The notes under the pieces: generated by a model
The model's database searches: none
Seen by the model: only the letters and a program-made list of their open reading frames with translations
Told to the model about the DNA's origin: nothing
Sequence record: MH031343
Direction: 5' to 3' (one strand)
DNA: 39,825 bases
Source of the DNA: Escherichia phage vB_EcoP_S523
Shown here: positions 37,698 to 39,825 of the stretch, piece by piece
Layout: every line of letters starts with the position of its first letter
Position numbering within the stretch: the stretch's first letter is position 1
Made by a program: the position numbers and the translations under genes

Positions 37698-38069
37698 TTA
37701 AGCATAGCACTTACCTTTGTGTTTCTCGTACAGTTCACCATAGAACCCAGCTTTCGCCATGTCCTTCTCTAAGAATGCTAGTTCAGATTTCTTACCAGCA
37801 CGTAGGCGATACTTAAGGATGTTCCCTAAGCAGTACCCTTTGAACTGTTCACGGGTCATCGACCGGGCAATCACTTCGATAGCCTCAATGTCGTCAAACA
37901 ACATATAGTGGCTCGGAGTACGAACATCATCTATATCTTGTGGTTTGTCTGACTTAGTGCAACTACATACACCAGCGCCATTCCAGATTGTACACTCACT
38001 GGTGTGCTTTGTTTTGCAGGTATGCGGGTAGCGGTCATCTTTCTCTAAACATGCTATGCAACCAGACAT
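37698..38069 (-). CDS. gp1.7-like protein (T7 gp1.7 is a nucleotide kinase), short form, 123 aa
   Basis: Conserved CIACLEKDDRYPHTC and PSHYMLFDDIEAIEVIARSMT..FKGYC.GNILKYRLRAGKK relative to recalled T7 gp1.7, but lacking about 70 central residues. Confidence 0.75.
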   Translation of the reverse strand: MSGCIACLEKDDRYPHTCKTKHTSECTIWNGAGVCSCTKSDKPQDIDDVRTPSHYMLFDDIEAIEVIARSMTREQFKGYCLGNILKYRLRAGKKSELAFLEKDMAKAGFYGELYEKHKGKCYA

Positions 38070-38332
38070 TAGAACACCTCCTTGATACGAGCAATGACCA
38101 GACGGACTTTAGGGAAACGGGTGACAAGAACCGGAATGAAAGGCCGGGAGCCAGTGGTCGCTTCTTTATATAAGCCAGTGGTGATTACAGCGTGAACACG
38201 AGGTGCTAACTCAATGGTCGAGCCAAGCACTTTAGGAATGACAGCATGTTTCTCGGAGGCAAGAACCGTCGAGCGGTCGGAACCACGAGCAGAAAAGATA
38301 CCGTTTGATTTGTTGAAGTGTAGTCGTAACAT
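38069..38332 (-). CDS. gene 1.6-like protein, 87 aa
   Basis: ATG at 38330-38332 lies 8 nt downstream of GGAGG in the promoter-initiated leader; the track ORF start at 38347 lies upstream of the predicted transcription start. Confidence 0.55.
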   Translation of the reverse strand: MLRLHFNKSNGIFSARGSDRSTVLASEKHAVIPKVLGSTIELAPRVHAVITTGLYKEATTGSRPFIPVLVTRFPKVRLVIARIKEVF

Positions 38333-38339
38333 AAGTGTT

Positions 38340-38362
38340 TCCTCCATAGGTGAGTCGTATTA
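38340..38362 (-). promoter_or_regulatory. variant phage RNAP promoter (phi1.6-like), TAATACGACTCACCTATGGAGGA
   Basis: Perfect -17 to -5 match, divergent -4 to +4; initiating region doubles as the RBS for gene 1.6. Confidence 0.55.
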
Positions 38363-38440
38363 GCAATCAGGCCAGCAGTTGTCGTCAATGATAACGAAGG
38401 CAAACGTGGCAAAGATAGCAGCAGCAATTAGAAATAGCAT
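38360..38440 (-). CDS. small hydrophobic peptide (gene 1.5 position), 26 aa
   Basis: Hand-translated MLFLIAAAIFATFAFVIIDDNCWPDC; its TAA stop is the first bases of the phi1.6 promoter. Confidence 0.3.
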   Translation of the reverse strand: MLFLIAAAIFATFAFVIIDDNCWPDC

Positions 38441-38447
38441 GAGGTTG

Positions 38448-38470
38448 TTCCTCCATAGTGAGTCTAATAG
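38448..38470 (-). promoter_or_regulatory. variant phage RNAP promoter (phi1.5-like), CTATTAGACTCACTATGGAGGAA
   Basis: Partial promoter core with the same TATGGAGGA initiating region as the phi1.6 site. Confidence 0.4.
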
Positions 38471-38503
38471 AAACACGAAAAGGCCAGACCCGAAAGTCTG
38501 ACC
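38470..38503 (-). terminator. intrinsic terminator (TE-like early terminator): 8-bp stem, 6-nt loop, U-rich tail
   Basis: Minus-strand RNA GGUCAGAC-UUUCGG-GUCUGGCC-UUUUCGUGUUUCU; located after the ligase gene region, where T7 TE lies. Confidence 0.6.
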
Positions 38504-38510
38504 AGTGTTA

Positions 38511-38693
38511 CTACATGTTGGCGTGAAGATATGCCTTTACCTCGGATATGCTTCTACACTCTTTCTGTGTGAAGTAATCCCACTTGCGTCCATAAGAGGC
38601 TGGGTCGTCTCCCTCAGACCACTTCAGGATGTGGAATACCTGTAAGTGTGGGTGTTGCCATACCTTCCAAATGCCTTGGTCAAAGATTATCAT
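38511..38693 (-). CDS. hypothetical protein, 60 aa, immediately downstream of ligase
   Basis: ORF MIIFDQGIWKVWQ...; start overlaps ligase stop (TAATG); lies before the TE-like terminator. Confidence 0.4.
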   Translation of the reverse strand: MIIFDQGIWKVWQHPHLQVFHILKWSEGDDPASYGRKWDYFTQKECRSISEVKAYLHANM

Positions 38694-39739
38694 TACATCT
38701 TCTCCGTTGGGTTATCTTCAGTACCACGGAACATAACGAACGATGGGTGACGCAGAGAACCATCAGGAGTTTCCTCCATGTAGGCAACCTGACACGCCCA
38801 ATTCATATAAGGCGCTGGCTTCATGCCATCCTCAGTGGTCTCCCACTTGGTGTACGCTTCGGTAAACTCATCCATCAGAGCGCGAGAGATGTTTGTGGCG
38901 TTAACTACACGACCACTCTCAAGAAGCACTTCGAATCCGATAATCTTACCTTCGTTAGCCAAGCCGGGAGTTCCCCAGCAGTATCCAATGACCTCACCAT
39001 CAGCTTCACTCTCAGGCTTCATCTTCCACCAGCCAGACTTCTTACCACGCTTGTAGACTTCCAGCGGGTCTTTGACAACCAGACCTTCATGACCATCGGC
39101 GCGAGCTTTCTCGTAGAGTTCCTGAAGTTCTACCATGTCGTAGACTTCTTTGGCCTCAGAGAGTTCCCAAGTGATTTCCGGGAAGTGTTCACTAAGAACC
39201 GGAATGAGGGAACGCACATGCTCTTGCATCAGGAGGGACATAACGCCGTACTCTTTGCCTTCTACCATATCGTGATACGGCATAGCAGCATACAAGACAA
39301 CCTTCAGGCGCTGTGGGTCTAACTCAAACGGCTGTTTGTTCTTCTTCCACTCTTCATGGAAGTATTCGCTGGTGGAGTGCACGAAGTTTGTGGCCTTGAG
39401 CCACTTGGTTCTCAGTAGGCCAGACCCTGTGTTGAAGTCTACGCCTTTGACCATGAGTTCGCCATCCAGCATAAAGCCATCAGGGAAAATCCAGCGGTCA
39501 TCTTTGAGAACATTAGCCCAGCGTTGGTCGAACCCATTAAGGTGCTCAAGCGCGGGGATGGTCTTGGAGACACGGGACAGCCACAGGCAGTCAGCCGTAT
39601 TGTCAACCACGATGTTACCACGTACACCATCATGCTTAGTGTCAGCAATCAGGTAGCCAGCCTTGTCGAGTGCTTTCTTAATGGCAGACTCAACGTAGGA
39701 TACTGCTTTGAACGGCGAAGTCTTAAATGTGATTTCCAT
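38693..39739 (-). CDS. ATP-dependent DNA ligase (gp1.3), 348 aa
   Basis: Catalytic lysine motif KHDGVRG (T7: KYDGVRG) and conserved PFKAVSYVESAIKKALD, GSLRHPSFVMFRGTEDNP..EKM. Confidence 0.95.
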   Translation of the reverse strand: MEITFKTSPFKAVSYVESAIKKALDKAGYLIADTKHDGVRGNIVVDNTADCLWLSRVSKTIPALEHLNGFDQRWANVLKDDRWIFPDGFMLDGELMVKGVDFNTGSGLLRTKWLKATNFVHSTSEYFHEEWKKNKQPFELDPQRLKVVLYAAMPYHDMVEGKEYGVMSLLMQEHVRSLIPVLSEHFPEITWELSEAKEVYDMVELQELYEKARADGHEGLVVKDPLEVYKRGKKSGWWKMKPESEADGEVIGYCWGTPGLANEGKIIGFEVLLESGRVVNATNISRALMDEFTEAYTKWETTEDGMKPAPYMNWACQVAYMEETPDGSLRHPSFVMFRGTEDNPTEKM

Positions 39740-39775
39740 GATGGAACTCCTTTAGTGTGTCGGTTAATAAGTAAT

Positions 39776-39825
39776 CAAAAGTTAATCACAAAGGCCACCC
39801 GTGAAGATGACCTTTAGTTTAACTC
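39776..39825 (-). promoter_or_regulatory. conserved ~50-nt structured element (putative RNase III processing site, R1.3-like); copy A, continuing into window start
   Basis: aaaagttaatcacaaaggccacccgtgaagatgacctttagtttaactc; last 19 nt identical to window positions 1..19; lies between the phi1.3-like promoter and the ligase RBS. Confidence 0.45.

Noticed and set aside
39807-39825. 19-nt identity between window end and start considered as the phage terminal repeat
   Set aside because: Too short for a T7-group terminal repeat (160-230 bp) and located between genes 1.2 and 1.3 in mid-genome; best explained as an assembly circularisation overlap.

Overview
The window is a complete, circularly permuted genome of a lytic T7-like podophage (Autographiviridae, T7/T3 group), about 39.8 kb, with every gene on the minus strand. 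The last 19 nt of the window (39807..39825) are identical to the first 19 nt (1..19), so the window reads as a circularised contig whose ends fall between gene 1.2 and the ligase gene 1.3. Reading the minus strand in phage order: genes 1.3 to 6.3 occupy 39739 down to 28387 (ligase, gp1.6, gp1.7, gp2, SSB, endonuclease I, amidase, primase-helicase, DNA polymerase, HNH endonuclease, exonuclease), the structural and lysis genes 6.5 to 19.5 occupy 28284 down to 7017, the concatemer junction and left-end early promoter region lie at about 7016 to 5820, and the early genes 0.3, 0.7, 1, 1.1 and 1.2 run from 5789 down to 40. I found 16 phage-RNAP promoters, three sigma-70-type early promoters, and candidates for the early (TE) and late (Tphi) terminators. 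No tRNA, CRISPR array, integrase or repressor was seen. Most of the genome is the conserved T7 backbone. The parts worth a second look are two 185-aa ORFs absent from the canonical T7 map (551..1108 in the origin region; 9213..9770 between the spanins and the large terminase), a T3-type SAM lyase gene 0.3 combined with T7-like promoters, a 37-bp tandem duplication after gene 4.5, and an enlarged tail fiber. All homology calls rest on recalled T7/T3 proteins and gene order; no database search was possible, so I cannot say whether this exact phage is already described.
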